A stretch of 64,000 nucleotides of DNA from Patescibacteria group bacterium (lineage in GTDB: Bacteria; Patescibacteriota; Minisyncoccia; Phycocordibacterales; UBA9973), in assembly GCA_028868715.1 (NCBI GenBank), contig JAGWUB010000002.1, positions 8,430-72,429 on the forward strand, read 5' to 3'. The stretch's first letter is position 1; the number at the start of each line of letters is the position of its first letter. This document shows positions 46,382-56,426 of this stretch, one piece after another. A program made the position numbers and the translations under genes. The notes below the pieces were generated by a model that ran no database searches, was not told where the DNA came from, and was given only the letters and a program-made list of their open reading frames with translations.

Positions 46382-47824
46382 ATGTCAGAAAAAGATACAG
46401 GAAAAAAAAATGCCAGCGTGGTGACTCGTTTTGCCCCTAGCCCAACGGGTTTTATGCACGTTGGTGGCGTACGTACGGCTCTGTTTGCGTGGCTTTGGGC
46501 TAGAAAAAATAATGGCATTTTCATTTTGCGGATTGAAGACACAGACAAGGAGAGGGAAGTAGAGGGCTCCATAGAGCATATAATCGAATCCTTGAAATGG
46601 CTCGGATTAGATTTTGATTATGGCCCCGAAAAAGATGGCCCAAATGCCCCATATATTCAATCAGAAAGATTAGAAATTTATAAAAAGTATGCACAAACTT
46701 TGATTGAAAAAGGTTTTGCTTACGCAGATCCATATACTGGCGACGAAGTAGAAAAATTTAGAAAAGCAGCAGAAGAAAATAAAAAACCTTTTTTGTATCG
46801 CGAACACCGGCCAAAGACTTTTGAAGTTTGGGATGGTGCCAAACCACTTCGTTTCAAAACTCCAGAAATAAAAAGTTATAAATGGAATGACTTGGTGCAA
46901 GGAGATTTGTCTGCTGGGCCTGAAGCGCTAGATGATTTTATCTTGATCAAGAGCGATGGATTTCCGACTTATAATTTTGCGCACATTGTGGATGATATAG
47001 AAATGCAAGTGACGCACGTGGTGCGTGGCCAAGAATTCATTTCCTCCACTCCTAAATATCTCTCTGTGTACGAAGCGCTTGGAGTGACTCCACCGCTTTA
47101 TGCCTCTATGCCCCATATTATGGCCACCGGTGGTAATAAAAAACTCAGCAAACGTGACGGCGCTAAGGATATTTTAGACTACAAAAAAGAAGGTTACTTG
47201 GCTGAAACGATGATAAATTATTTGGCCTTCTTGGGTTTCAATCCAGGTGGTGAGCGAGAAATATTTACCCCAGAGGAACTCATAAAAGTTTTTGAGCTAA
47301 ATAGAATTCAACGCTCTGGCGCCAAATGGAACGATGAAAAATTGGATTGGTTTAACAAAGAACATATAAAATTATTACCAAAAGAAGAAATAGAAAAAAA
47401 TATTTTAGAATGGTTACCGCCTGAAATGAAAAATCCAAAAATTATTCCAGTAATTTTGGAAAGAATTTCAAAGTGGAGCGATATCACCAATATGGTTGGG
47501 GCAGGGGAGCTAGACTTCTTTTTTAAAGCACCCGAATATGCAAAGGAAAAACTTATTTATAAAAATTCTTCGCTAGAAAAAATTACTGGTAATCTAAAAT
47601 CAGCGATTAAAGCCCTAGAAAGTTTATCCGAAAATAATTTTACTGTAGAAAATATTAAAACTGAATTGATGAAAATAGCCGATAGTCTAGACAACAGAGG
47701 TGAACTGTTGCATCCAGTACGTTTTGCGCTTTCTGGGTTAGATAAGTCACCCGATCCGTTTGTTATAGCTTCAATTTTGGGTAAAAATGAAACTTTATCA
47801 CGTTTACAAAAAGCGATTACCTAA
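46382..47824 (+). CDS. gltX: glutamate--tRNA ligase
   Basis: TRFAPSPTG, LRIEDTD, KKLSKR. Confidence 0.97.
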   Translation: MSEKDTGKKNASVVTRFAPSPTGFMHVGGVRTALFAWLWARKNNGIFILRIEDTDKEREVEGSIEHIIESLKWLGLDFDYGPEKDGPNAPYIQSERLEIYKKYAQTLIEKGFAYADPYTGDEVEKFRKAAEENKKPFLYREHRPKTFEVWDGAKPLRFKTPEIKSYKWNDLVQGDLSAGPEALDDFILIKSDGFPTYNFAHIVDDIEMQVTHVVRGQEFISSTPKYLSVYEALGVTPPLYASMPHIMATGGNKKLSKRDGAKDILDYKKEGYLAETMINYLAFLGFNPGGEREIFTPEELIKVFELNRIQRSGAKWNDEKLDWFNKEHIKLLPKEEIEKNILEWLPPEMKNPKIIPVILERISKWSDITNMVGAGELDFFFKAPEYAKEKLIYKNSSLEKITGNLKSAIKALESLSENNFTVENIKTELMKIADSLDNRGELLHPVRFALSGLDKSPDPFVIASILGKNETLSRLQKAIT

Positions 47825-49088
47825 GTCTATATTTCTAGGAATATTGCTAATAATTTTTGTTTTAACACCAATAGTTTTTTCCTATGCCCAAACGGCGCAA
47901 GATATTGCAAATAAAATAACTCAGAAAAATGCTGACATTGCGAAATTGGAGGAAGAATTGAAAGTTTACCAAGGCCAGCTGGATATGCTCGGAAAGCAAA
48001 AAAATTCTTTGAATGTTTCCATAAAAGAGTTGGATCTAACTAGAAAAAAATTAGTTACAGATATTTCGGTGACTCAAGGTAAAATTGATGCAACCAATTT
48101 AGAGATACAATCATTGAGCTCTGATATTGGTGACAAGGAAGGGGCAATATTAAACCATAAAAATTCTACCGCTTTACTTCTGCGAGAGACGAATGAATTT
48201 GAAATAGAAAACATGATTTTTACCGTCCTTTCCAAGAATAATTTTACCGAAGTATGGAATGATATAGACAACAGAGCCTCAGTCAGAGAAAAAATAATAG
48301 AAAATATAGGAATATTAGAGACGACCAAAGGCGCCCTAGAAGATACTAGATCATCTACTATCACTGCCAAAAATGAACTTGTGAGCCTAAAATCAAAGCT
48401 AGCTGACCAGCAAAAAATTGTAGTACAAAATACTAATGAAAAAAATAAACTATTGGCTCAAACAAAAAATAGTGAGGCAAGTTACCAAGCGCTGCTGGCG
48501 GATCGTTTAGCCAAAAAAAATGCTTTCGAGCAAGATTTGCGCAACTATGAATCGCAGCTGAAATATATTTTGGATCCATCTTCATTACCAGGGAGCGGAG
48601 TTTTAAGTTGGCCACTTGATAAAATATTTGTAACCCAAATGTTCGGTCAACCTGGAGCTGATGGTAAACGCCTGTTTGTTAATGGTAGCCATAACGGAGT
48701 TGATTTCAGGGCATCTATTGGAACACCGGTCAAGGCTATGGCCGACGGAGTTGTCGCTGGAACAGGGGATACAGATGTGCAATGTCCGGGAGTTTCTTTT
48801 GGTCGCTTTGTGCTTATCAAATACAACAATGGCTTAGCTAGTACCTATGGGCATTTATCACTTATAAAAGTTAGTGCTGGTGAACAGGTCACTCGAGGTG
48901 AAATAGTTGGTTATAGTGGCAATACGGGCTATTCTACGGGGCCACATCTACATGTCTCGGTATATGCGCGAGATGCGGTTGACCTAAAAACTTTACCAAG
49001 TAAATCTTGTCCAGGCAGAGTTCTTACTCAACCAATTTCTCCGATCAATGCCTATCTTGACCCTCTATACTATTTGCCACCTCTATAA
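47787..49088 (+). CDS. coiled-coil M23 peptidase (EnvC/CwlO-like)
   Basis: Signal peptide, long coiled coil, HNGVD, YGHL, STGPHLH. Confidence 0.9.
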   Translation: MKLYHVYKKRLPKSIFLGILLIIFVLTPIVFSYAQTAQDIANKITQKNADIAKLEEELKVYQGQLDMLGKQKNSLNVSIKELDLTRKKLVTDISVTQGKIDATNLEIQSLSSDIGDKEGAILNHKNSTALLLRETNEFEIENMIFTVLSKNNFTEVWNDIDNRASVREKIIENIGILETTKGALEDTRSSTITAKNELVSLKSKLADQQKIVVQNTNEKNKLLAQTKNSEASYQALLADRLAKKNAFEQDLRNYESQLKYILDPSSLPGSGVLSWPLDKIFVTQMFGQPGADGKRLFVNGSHNGVDFRASIGTPVKAMADGVVAGTGDTDVQCPGVSFGRFVLIKYNNGLASTYGHLSLIKVSAGEQVTRGEIVGYSGNTGYSTGPHLHVSVYARDAVDLKTLPSKSCPGRVLTQPISPINAYLDPLYYLPPL

Positions 49089-49091
49089 CCT

Positions 49092-49298
49092 ATGGTAAAA
49101 TTAAAATGTATGCCAAATAAAATAAAAAATTCTGCCCAGCATGGCAGAAAAAATAGTGGATTCGTTGAGCTAATAGTACTTATCGTAATAGCTCTGCTAT
49201 TAATGAAATATTACAATATAAACGTATCTACGGTATTAGGCTGGGGCAATGCCTTCTTGAAGTGGTTTACCTCATACTTTGGTTCTATTTTAAAATAA
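49092..49298 (+). CDS. small membrane protein with prepilin-like leader
   Basis: Basic leader followed by G|FVELIVLIVIALLL. Confidence 0.55.
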   Translation: MVKLKCMPNKIKNSAQHGRKNSGFVELIVLIVIALLLMKYYNINVSTVLGWGNAFLKWFTSYFGSILK

Positions 49299-49547
49299 AA
49301 AAGCCGGCCACCCTTAATTTAAGCAGTGGCTAGCATTTTATAAACTATAAGTATTTGGTAACGATGATCTCAATATAAATATTAGTCTCGTACTCAATAC
49401 TCACATATATAGAGACGGCACTCATTTAGATTTATTACACAGATATAGGGTCACAAAACATATATTGTGCGACACGCACCCATATTACCAACAAAGCTCT
49501 TTACCCCTATCCCCTCATACCTCAAATCAACAACTTGGACTTTATAA

Positions 49548-49952
49548 TTATTTACACGAACTTGAGAGCGCGTACCCTGCGGCTTCGGCCTCTGATGACG
49601 TACTAAAATAAACTCTATTTTCTGGTTTGATAGTTTTGCCTGCGGAGCAGCCAATTGTATAATACTTGGCTCCCCTACTGGATGCGAAAAAATTTTTGCC
49701 AGATAGGGAATTTGAGCTCTGAATAGTCTGTGAGGTATTACTTATAGGCTCTACGGCTTTAATTACGCCTGCAGTCTGGCTGTCGGCTACCGATAAGGCT
49801 TGATTTGGATACTCAATTTTTATGCCTGAGCCAGAATTGGCCTTAGATAGTCTACCTAGCTCAAATGAGCTGATTCCCACTAAAATTACAATAATTATGA
49901 CTAAAATATTCTTCCCTTTCTCACTCTCAATAAATTGCTTGATTTTTTCCAT
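49548..49952 (-). CDS. membrane-anchored protein with Ada-like metal-binding C-terminus
   Basis: ASSRGAKYY..C......ENRVYF....EAEAAGY...C; start MEKIK at 49952. Confidence 0.75.
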   Translation of the reverse strand: MEKIKQFIESEKGKNILVIIIVILVGISSFELGRLSKANSGSGIKIEYPNQALSVADSQTAGVIKAVEPISNTSQTIQSSNSLSGKNFFASSRGAKYYTIGCSAGKTIKPENRVYFSTSSEAEAAGYALSSSCK

Positions 49953-50009
49953 ACAATTGGTTATAGTGTAGTACAAGTAAATTTTAGCATTAAATAATAT
50001 AACAGCAAT

Positions 50010-50282
50010 ATGGCACATAGAAAAGCCGGCGGTACCGCCAAAAACTTAAGAGATTCAAACCCAAAATACCTAGGTATAAAGCTTGCTGACGGCCAAAAGG
50101 CTCAATCTGGCTCTATTATCGTCCGACAGCGTGGTACAGCTATCATGGCGGGTACAAATGTATCTACAGGCAAAGATCACACTCTTTTCGCTCTAAAGCC
50201 TGGTACAGTTAAATTTGGCTCTAGGCGCAAAGTATCCTTTAATGGCAAGACTGTCGTGAAAAAGATGGTCAATGTAATATAA
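50010..50282 (+). CDS. rpmA: 50S ribosomal protein L27
   Basis: [28 protein letters not shown]. Confidence 0.97.
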   Translation: MAHRKAGGTAKNLRDSNPKYLGIKLADGQKAQSGSIIVRQRGTAIMAGTNVSTGKDHTLFALKPGTVKFGSRRKVSFNGKTVVKKMVNVI

Positions 50283-50296
50283 ATAAAACTATACCT

Positions 50297-50324
50297 AAAA
50301 AAATCCCCTATTTGGGGATTTTTT
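50297..50324 (+). terminator. intrinsic terminator
   Basis: aaaaaatcccc-tattt-ggggatttttt. Confidence 0.85.
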
Positions 50325-50344
50325 ATTTTGTGCTATATTTTTAA

Positions 50345-50505
50345 GTAGCTCACCTTTAGTTTTTTCCTATCGGCTATGGTAAATAAAGAGACGATTTTCT
50401 GTTAGCACACAATTTCATTTGACTTGTTTTTCTCTAAACCCATAGCTACAAAGCCCTTGCCAAAATATAATCATCCATGATTATTGGCAAGGGCCTTTCC
50501 TTTTT
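50345..50505 (+). ncRNA. candidate small RNA between rpmA and rplI
   Basis: TGcTATATT promoter; gctatgg/ccatagc stem; long hairpin gcccttgccaa..ttggcaagggc with pyrimidine tail. Confidence 0.3.
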
Positions 50506-50521
50506 ATATTAAAATTTAGAT

Positions 50522-50959
50522 TTACTCCACGATAAGTTTAAATGAAGATTTTTTGCCGTTAACATCAACCAAGATCTCATATTCTCCTACTTCTTTTATT
50601 GGCTTTTCTAATTTTATTGCGCCCTCATCAATACTGGCGTGGTATTCCTTCTGCATAGCGTCTACGATGTCTCTACGGTGTATTCCAGAAAATAAGTGAC
50701 CTTTATCATCAGTTCTGCCAGACATGTGAAGCACTTTACCTTTCAACTCTTCTAGATTTTTCATTAAAAGGTCTGTCTGCACTTCCCTTTCTATTTCAAT
50801 ATTTTTCTTGCGGAGTTCTAATTCAGCTACAGCTTTTGCGGTGGCCATCTCAACTAATTTTCTAGGCAATAAAAAATTCATCGCATAACCATCATTGACC
50901 TCTTTGATGTCATGTCTTTTCCCTACCCTAGGTACATCTTTTAAGAATATGACCTTCAT
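50522..50959 (-). CDS. rplI: 50S ribosomal protein L9
   Basis: MKVIFLKDV..VG, GYAMNFLLP, LFSGI, PIKEVG. Confidence 0.95.
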   Translation of the reverse strand: MKVIFLKDVPRVGKRHDIKEVNDGYAMNFLLPRKLVEMATAKAVAELELRKKNIEIEREVQTDLLMKNLEELKGKVLHMSGRTDDKGHLFSGIHRRDIVDAMQKEYHASIDEGAIKLEKPIKEVGEYEILVDVNGKKSSFKLIVE

Positions 50960-50965
50960 AAATTA

Positions 50966-52180
50966 TTAATTAGAATTTAATAATTCGACTGCTTTGTCCA
51001 TTTGTGGATCCTTTTTAGCATCTAGGTCTGCCTTGGTGAATTCTACTGGATAATCTGGGGTCAAACCTTTTTCAGAGATAGATACACCATTTGGAGTTAG
51101 CCATTTGGCTACGGTAATTTTTAAAATAGTATTTGGAGTCACATCTACGACTTCCTGTACCGAACCCTTGCCGAAGCTTTGAGCACCCACGAGCTTTGCT
51201 CGGCCATTATCCTGCATAGCCCCAGCTAATATTTCAGACGCTGAAGCAGAACCACCATCTATGAGAATTACAAATTTTAATTTATCGCTAAAGATATTAT
51301 AGCCTCTACTTCTGTATATATTTGGTTTTTTACTGGTGCCATAGTCTTCAGTCACCACAATTTTTCCCTCAGGTAAAAACCAGCTTGCCATGTCCACAGA
51401 AGCATCCAAATATCCGCCGGGATTTCCTCGTAAATCGAGCACGAGCTTATCATCCTTTGACAAAACAAATTCCTTCATGGCGTTTCGGAAAAGGTTTGCG
51501 GAGTTTGCAGAAAAACTATAAAGTTTTATTACAAAAATTCCATCCTTTCTTTGTTCGGTATCAAGAGTTGGAATATTAATAATATCGCGAACAACTTTTA
51601 TTTCCATTGGATCTGGATTTCCTTCGCGTAAAATTGTGAGGGTGACTGTCGTTCCTTTTTCTCCGCGGATTAATTTAATTGCTTCTTCAATAGACAAATT
51701 AGTAGTAACTTTTTTATCTATTTTTAAAATTTTGTCACCAGATTTAATATTGGCGTTATAAGCTGGAGTACCCTTTAGTGGAGCTATCACTGTCAAAACT
51801 TTATCTTTTATCCCGACTTCCATACCGATTCCGCTGAAATTACCAGCTATTTGATCCTCAAATGACTTTGCCTCGTCTGGCTTAAAAAACATGCTGTACG
51901 GGTCATTTAGAGAGCCTATAAGCCCAGAAATCGCTCCATAGACCCTGTCTTGATCACTGGTTTTACTTGCTCCAGGATATTTTTCATTGATTGTATTCCA
52001 AACTTTCCAGAAAGGAGCAAAGTCGGCTTGGGTGGTCACTGCTGTCTCTTTGTTGGTAAGCATTACCTTGTCTATCTCAGGTCTGTGTCCGTAGCCGATA
52101 TAAATACCTAAAACAAAAAATACACCAACTAGAGATATGGTGATAACAATCTGTCTTATTTTAGAAATATTTTGTGGCAT
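50966..52180 (-). CDS. S41 C-terminal processing protease (CtpA/Prc-like)
   Basis: PDZ domain, DLRGNPGG, SASASEI, FGKGSVQ. Confidence 0.95.
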   Translation of the reverse strand: MPQNISKIRQIVITISLVGVFFVLGIYIGYGHRPEIDKVMLTNKETAVTTQADFAPFWKVWNTINEKYPGASKTSDQDRVYGAISGLIGSLNDPYSMFFKPDEAKSFEDQIAGNFSGIGMEVGIKDKVLTVIAPLKGTPAYNANIKSGDKILKIDKKVTTNLSIEEAIKLIRGEKGTTVTLTILREGNPDPMEIKVVRDIINIPTLDTEQRKDGIFVIKLYSFSANSANLFRNAMKEFVLSKDDKLVLDLRGNPGGYLDASVDMASWFLPEGKIVVTEDYGTSKKPNIYRSRGYNIFSDKLKFVILIDGGSASASEILAGAMQDNGRAKLVGAQSFGKGSVQEVVDVTPNTILKITVAKWLTPNGVSISEKGLTPDYPVEFTKADLDAKKDPQMDKAVELLNSN

Positions 52181-52188
52181 TTTGTATT

Positions 52189-52446
52189 TTATATTTTTTC
52201 TTCACTCTGTCCGACTACTTCTTGTGGTGCACTCTCACTAGTATGAAAATCACTATTTTCTCTGAAATTATCAAAAGGTTTGGTGACCTGCGTAGCTTTA
52301 TACTCTTTGTTTAACATATAACTATAATAAATTACTATCAAACCAGACAAGGTGAACAAGACGTTTTTCCAAGAATAAGGAAAACCGAGGTATGGCAGAA
52401 GTGCCACCCAGACGCCTAAAATTAAAAGTATACGTTCTCTACGCAT
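52189..52446 (-). CDS. small membrane protein
   Basis: LGVWVALLPYLGFP, two TM helices. Confidence 0.75.
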   Translation of the reverse strand: MRRERILLILGVWVALLPYLGFPYSWKNVLFTLSGLIVIYYSYMLNKEYKATQVTKPFDNFRENSDFHTSESAPQEVVGQSEEKI

Positions 52447-52470
52447 GGATGTATTGTATCAATAGGAGCA

Positions 52471-53532
52471 TTAATATGCAATAACACTAGCAGAAAGACC
52501 ATCAGTAGGCACTTGGGTTCCTGGCTCGAATATCTTTGTGTTTAGAAGTAATAGGAAAATTATAATTGCGAGAACAGCTAGCCCTCTGCCAATCATGGCT
52601 GGATGCTGAAATTCTTTCTTGATAAATATTACTAGGATTAAGGCGAAGATCATTATCAATGCGATCCCGGAATAGATATAAGCCACATATTCTCGCGGTG
52701 AAGTTAGAATTTTTTGGATAAAAGATTTTATATTAGAAATTGTTAAATCATTTCCGGTTGTTGCGATAGAAGAATTTGTTTCCTCACCCAACACTCGCAC
52801 TGCAGTCGGAGTGGCTGTGATTGCTTTTGGAATTGCAGTCGGAGTATTTGCCACCGCCTTCGGCGGGGTCCCGCCAACGGCGGTGATTTTTGGTTTTGCC
52901 ACAGGAGTGATGATAGTTGTTTTTGTCTCTGTAGGTGTCGTGGTTGGGGCGCTTGGAACGGCTACTGGAGTGCCAAAAAATTGTGCTACAAAAACAGTGT
53001 TTTTGCCCTCATATATGCCATTTGCGACCCCAATACCGATCTCGGTGTAGTTTGGCTTTACTATATTAGCCCGATGAGTTGGTGAGTTCATCCAAGCCTG
53101 AGCCACATCTTGTGATTCAAAGAAATTTACCGCCAAATTCTCCCCTGCCATACTATAATCATAGCCAACTTGATCAAGCCAATACCATGGAGTTTTGCCA
53201 TCAGGACTAGTGTGAGCAAAATATCCACGAGTAGCCATATCGTTTGCTTTTAGTTGTGCTGCTTGAGTAAGTAAACTGTTCTCAGTTAGTGGAGCGAGAT
53301 TATTTTGCGCGCGCTCTTCATTTGTTAGCGTTGTCAGTACTCCTGGTAAAACAGAAGCCAAAAAACTTGTCTTATCAAAGACGACAAATACTTGAATCAG
53401 AAAACCAAGTTCAATCACAATAATTACAAACAAGATCAATATCGTAGACTCACGTCGCAAAAAATGCGGTTTGTAATTATTTTCGCCGTGTGGCACAAAG
53501 TATTTTTTCAGCCACTTAGTAAATTTTTGCAT
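52471..53532 (-). CDS. CAP/SCP-domain membrane protein
   Basis: TNEER, YFAHTSPDG, AGENLA, WMNSPTHRANI. Confidence 0.9.
   Translation of the reverse strand: MQKFTKWLKKYFVPHGENNYKPHFLRRESTILILFVIIVIELGFLIQVFVVFDKTSFLASVLPGVLTTLTNEERAQNNLAPLTENSLLTQAAQLKANDMATRGYFAHTSPDGKTPWYWLDQVGYDYSMAGENLAVNFFESQDVAQAWMNSPTHRANIVKPNYTEIGIGVANGIYEGKNTVFVAQFFGTPVAVPSAPTTTPTETKTTIITPVAKPKITAVGGTPPKAVANTPTAIPKAITATPTAVRVLGEETNSSIATTGNDLTISNIKSFIQKILTSPREYVAYIYSGIALIMIFALILVIFIKKEFQHPAMIGRGLAVLAIIIFLLLLNTKIFEPGTQVPTDGLSASVIAY
52852..52885. repeat. REP-like twin hairpin inside the CAP gene
   Basis: ccgcc-ttc-ggcgg and ccgcc-aac-ggcgg. Confidence 0.65.
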
Positions 53533-53626
53533 TGTGTAAATTATACATTAAAAATCTCTAATGTCAATACTGTGATTACTCGAAATATGTATATGTATTA
53601 TAATACTTTTTCTGCTTTCATCAAAC

Positions 53627-53661
53627 AAAAAAGAACTCCCCTATTATGGGAGTTCTTTTTT
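53627..53661 (-). terminator. intrinsic terminator
   Basis: aaaaaagaactccc-ctattat-gggagttctttttt. Confidence 0.88.
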
Positions 53662-53679
53662 GTTTCTACTTAATTTATC

Positions 53680-56175
53680 TTAGGTCTTTGGGGTGTCTGG
53701 ATGCTTACTGAAAGGAATTAGATTTGTAGGGATAGGTATATTAAGAGAAGGACACATAATGTTGTTTATCTCAGTTGTCGTAGTTAGATAAACTATACCT
53801 GTTGGTATCTTAAGATTCCAAGGAGTAAGAATTTTATCTTTATGCGCTAATTGAAATGCTTTTACATTTTTATCTGTCTGAGCTCCAAAAACTCCATCTT
53901 CTTTGATTCCAGCCTTCAAGAAATCATTCAAGAATTTTTGAACTTTTTTAACCGCAGCAACATTATTATTCTTTTTACCCATCTTTAGATACTTGTCTAA
54001 GTAAATTCCGCAAGAAGTTTCTGCGCCGAGAACTTTACCATCTGTAGAAGCTCCGAGAACTCTACCACCTCCGATGTATCCCCCGCCAAAAGAAGTTCCA
54101 CCAGTATTATCTACGCAGTTGCCACTATTATCTATATGTTTACCAGCTGGAACAGTTGTTTGAGTTCCATCAATATTTGGGCAGACGTCAGGTTGAGTAA
54201 CAGTAATAGATGCATTAGCGGAATTATTCTCTCCATTTGGATCGCGAGTAGAACTGGAAGTGTTTGCTGTGTTTAAAATAACTTGTTCATTTGTAGCACT
54301 GTTTGAAACAGTAGCGGTGATATGAAGTGTTGCACTGCTATCATTTGCTAAGGTGCCAACTGTCCAAACTCCTGTTCCAGAAACGTAAGCTCCAGCACCG
54401 TCATCAGAAACATATGTGACTCCAGCTGGAAGTACATCGTTTACTACCACACTGTTTGCGCTATCAGGACCAGCGTTGTGGACTGTTATCGTGTATACAA
54501 CATTGCTTCCAATGTTTGGAGTCTGATTATCTACTGACTTGGCAATAGAAAGATCTGAACTTGTTCTTACTTCATCAGCAGCAAAACTTGCACTTACTGA
54601 AAGGTTTGCTGTTATATTTGTGTCAGTTCGTGGATTGGTTGTTGAAGTGTCGCTCCAATCTACAAAGTGGTAGCCAAGATTTGGAACTGCTGTGACCGCT
54701 GTGCCGTTTGCACCATAGTTAACTGTTTGTGGTGTAGTGCCAGTGATACTTCCATTAGCATTTGCAGTGTAAGTAAGAGTGAAAGTATCAATAGTAAAGT
54801 TTGCGATACAGGTTGTATCAGCTGTCAAAGTAACTGAACCATCTGTACAATCAGCATCTCCTCCCCAGCCGGTAAAGGTTGATCCCGTACTTGGAGTAGC
54901 ACTAATTGGTACTACTGTTCCCGTGTCGTATGTTCCGCTACCTGAAGTTGTTCCATCTCCAGTTCCAGCCTTATTGATTGTAAGAGTAAATCTGTCAGGA
55001 GCATTAGCAGCAAAGGTCGCAGAAATAGTGTGATTTGCTGTTATGTTTGAAAAGGTATAAGTCGTGACAACTCCTACAGATGAACTATCTACCAAAACAT
55101 CAGCGACGTGAAAACCACTATCAGGAGTTATTGTGTAAACTTGAGATGAACCATAATCTTTCGTTGTTACGCCTGTAGGGGTAACTGTACCATTTGCACC
55201 AGATGATGCGGTGATGGTGAAAGTGTCAATTGCAAAGTTTGCAGTTACACTAATATTTCCTTGAACATTTGAGTCAGTCCGTGGATTAGTTGTTGAAGCA
55301 TCGCTCCAATCTACAAAGTGGTAGCCAAGATTTGGAACCGCTGTGACCGTTGTGCCGTTTGCACCTTGGTTGACAGTCTGTGGCGAGGTACCAGTAATTG
55401 TACCGTTTGCACCAGCTGTGTAAGTCAAAGTGAATTGAGTTATAGGAATAAATGTATTTGTAATTGTACATGTGTATACATGCCCAGCAACGATGGTAAT
55501 ACTTCCATTTGCACAATCAGTGCTGTAGCTTGGAGTATAGCCTGAAGAATTAGATTCAGTTATAGAGTAAGGTCCGGCTACAATATCAGTAGGAGTATCT
55601 AAAGTAACTACAGTATTACCAACTTTAAATGGAGCAAAAGCACTTCCTAGAGCATTACTTCCAGAAACTACTTTGTGAATTACAACTGTACCGTTATTGG
55701 AAGGAGGCACATGTACACAAGTGGCAATAGTTGCGCTTGTATCACCTTGGTTGTCTTTGCCTGGAGGAGTGCTGTGGTAAAGCTTGGCTATAATAGAGAA
55801 ATTACCTGTGGTTGTATAAGTATGCGTACCTGTGAAAGTAAACGTGAAAGGTACATGACCAGAGTTTGGAGTGAAGGTTCCTAACCCATCTGTTACAGTT
55901 GTATCTCCCCAGTCAATCTCTACAGCATATTGACTAGCATCCCCAGGAGGAGCAATACCTGCCCCATTTCCAGAAACAGTTACAGGATTGAAAAGAGGAT
56001 TAGTTGCACAGTTGTTAAAATTAAATGGAGGAGTATGATTTCCACTTATTGGGTCTGAAATACTTGTAATCGCAATCGTTGGACTAGTAGCCGCTAAAAC
56101 TCTAAATACTCCGACCATGCCAAGGATCATTGCGAGCATGATAACTGGAGACAAAAACTTTAATAATTTTTTCAT
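53680..56175 (-). CDS. large surface protein: PKD-like, InlB B-repeat-like repeats, DUF11, C-terminal peptidoglycan-binding-like domain
   Basis: IDWGD, repeats of [39 protein letters not shown] motif, [13 protein letters not shown]. Confidence 0.8.
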   Translation of the reverse strand: MKKLLKFLSPVIMLAMILGMVGVFRVLAATSPTIAITSISDPISGNHTPPFNFNNCATNPLFNPVTVSGNGAGIAPPGDASQYAVEIDWGDTTVTDGLGTFTPNSGHVPFTFTFTGTHTYTTTGNFSIIAKLYHSTPPGKDNQGDTSATIATCVHVPPSNNGTVVIHKVVSGSNALGSAFAPFKVGNTVVTLDTPTDIVAGPYSITESNSSGYTPSYSTDCANGSITIVAGHVYTCTITNTFIPITQFTLTYTAGANGTITGTSPQTVNQGANGTTVTAVPNLGYHFVDWSDASTTNPRTDSNVQGNISVTANFAIDTFTITASSGANGTVTPTGVTTKDYGSSQVYTITPDSGFHVADVLVDSSSVGVVTTYTFSNITANHTISATFAANAPDRFTLTINKAGTGDGTTSGSGTYDTGTVVPISATPSTGSTFTGWGGDADCTDGSVTLTADTTCIANFTIDTFTLTYTANANGSITGTTPQTVNYGANGTAVTAVPNLGYHFVDWSDTSTTNPRTDTNITANLSVSASFAADEVRTSSDLSIAKSVDNQTPNIGSNVVYTITVHNAGPDSANSVVVNDVLPAGVTYVSDDGAGAYVSGTGVWTVGTLANDSSATLHITATVSNSATNEQVILNTANTSSSTRDPNGENNSANASITVTQPDVCPNIDGTQTTVPAGKHIDNSGNCVDNTGGTSFGGGYIGGGRVLGASTDGKVLGAETSCGIYLDKYLKMGKKNNNVAAVKKVQKFLNDFLKAGIKEDGVFGAQTDKNVKAFQLAHKDKILTPWNLKIPTGIVYLTTTTEINNIMCPSLNIPIPTNLIPFSKHPDTPKT

Positions 56176-56426
56176 AATGTTTGGTAAAATTAATTTTTTA
56201 CCTAATTAAATATAATAATAATAACGACTTTTCTTAATAATTTATTAACCAAAATACTATAAATTTAAAACCCAGTCTAACACACCATAAAGAGAGCTGT
56301 CAAATAATTGGGGGATATCCTGTGGATATGAAAATCTATAAAAAAGCACATTAAAATAACCTCACAGACTATGACGCTAGGGTATGTGAATATTTACAAC
56401 TTATTAATAATGTTTAGAAATATGTA

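Noticed and set aside
49320-49545. Intergenic stretch and 67-aa minus-strand ORF 49451-49654
   Set aside because: The ORF overlaps a better-supported gene in another frame; no convincing structure or coding signal
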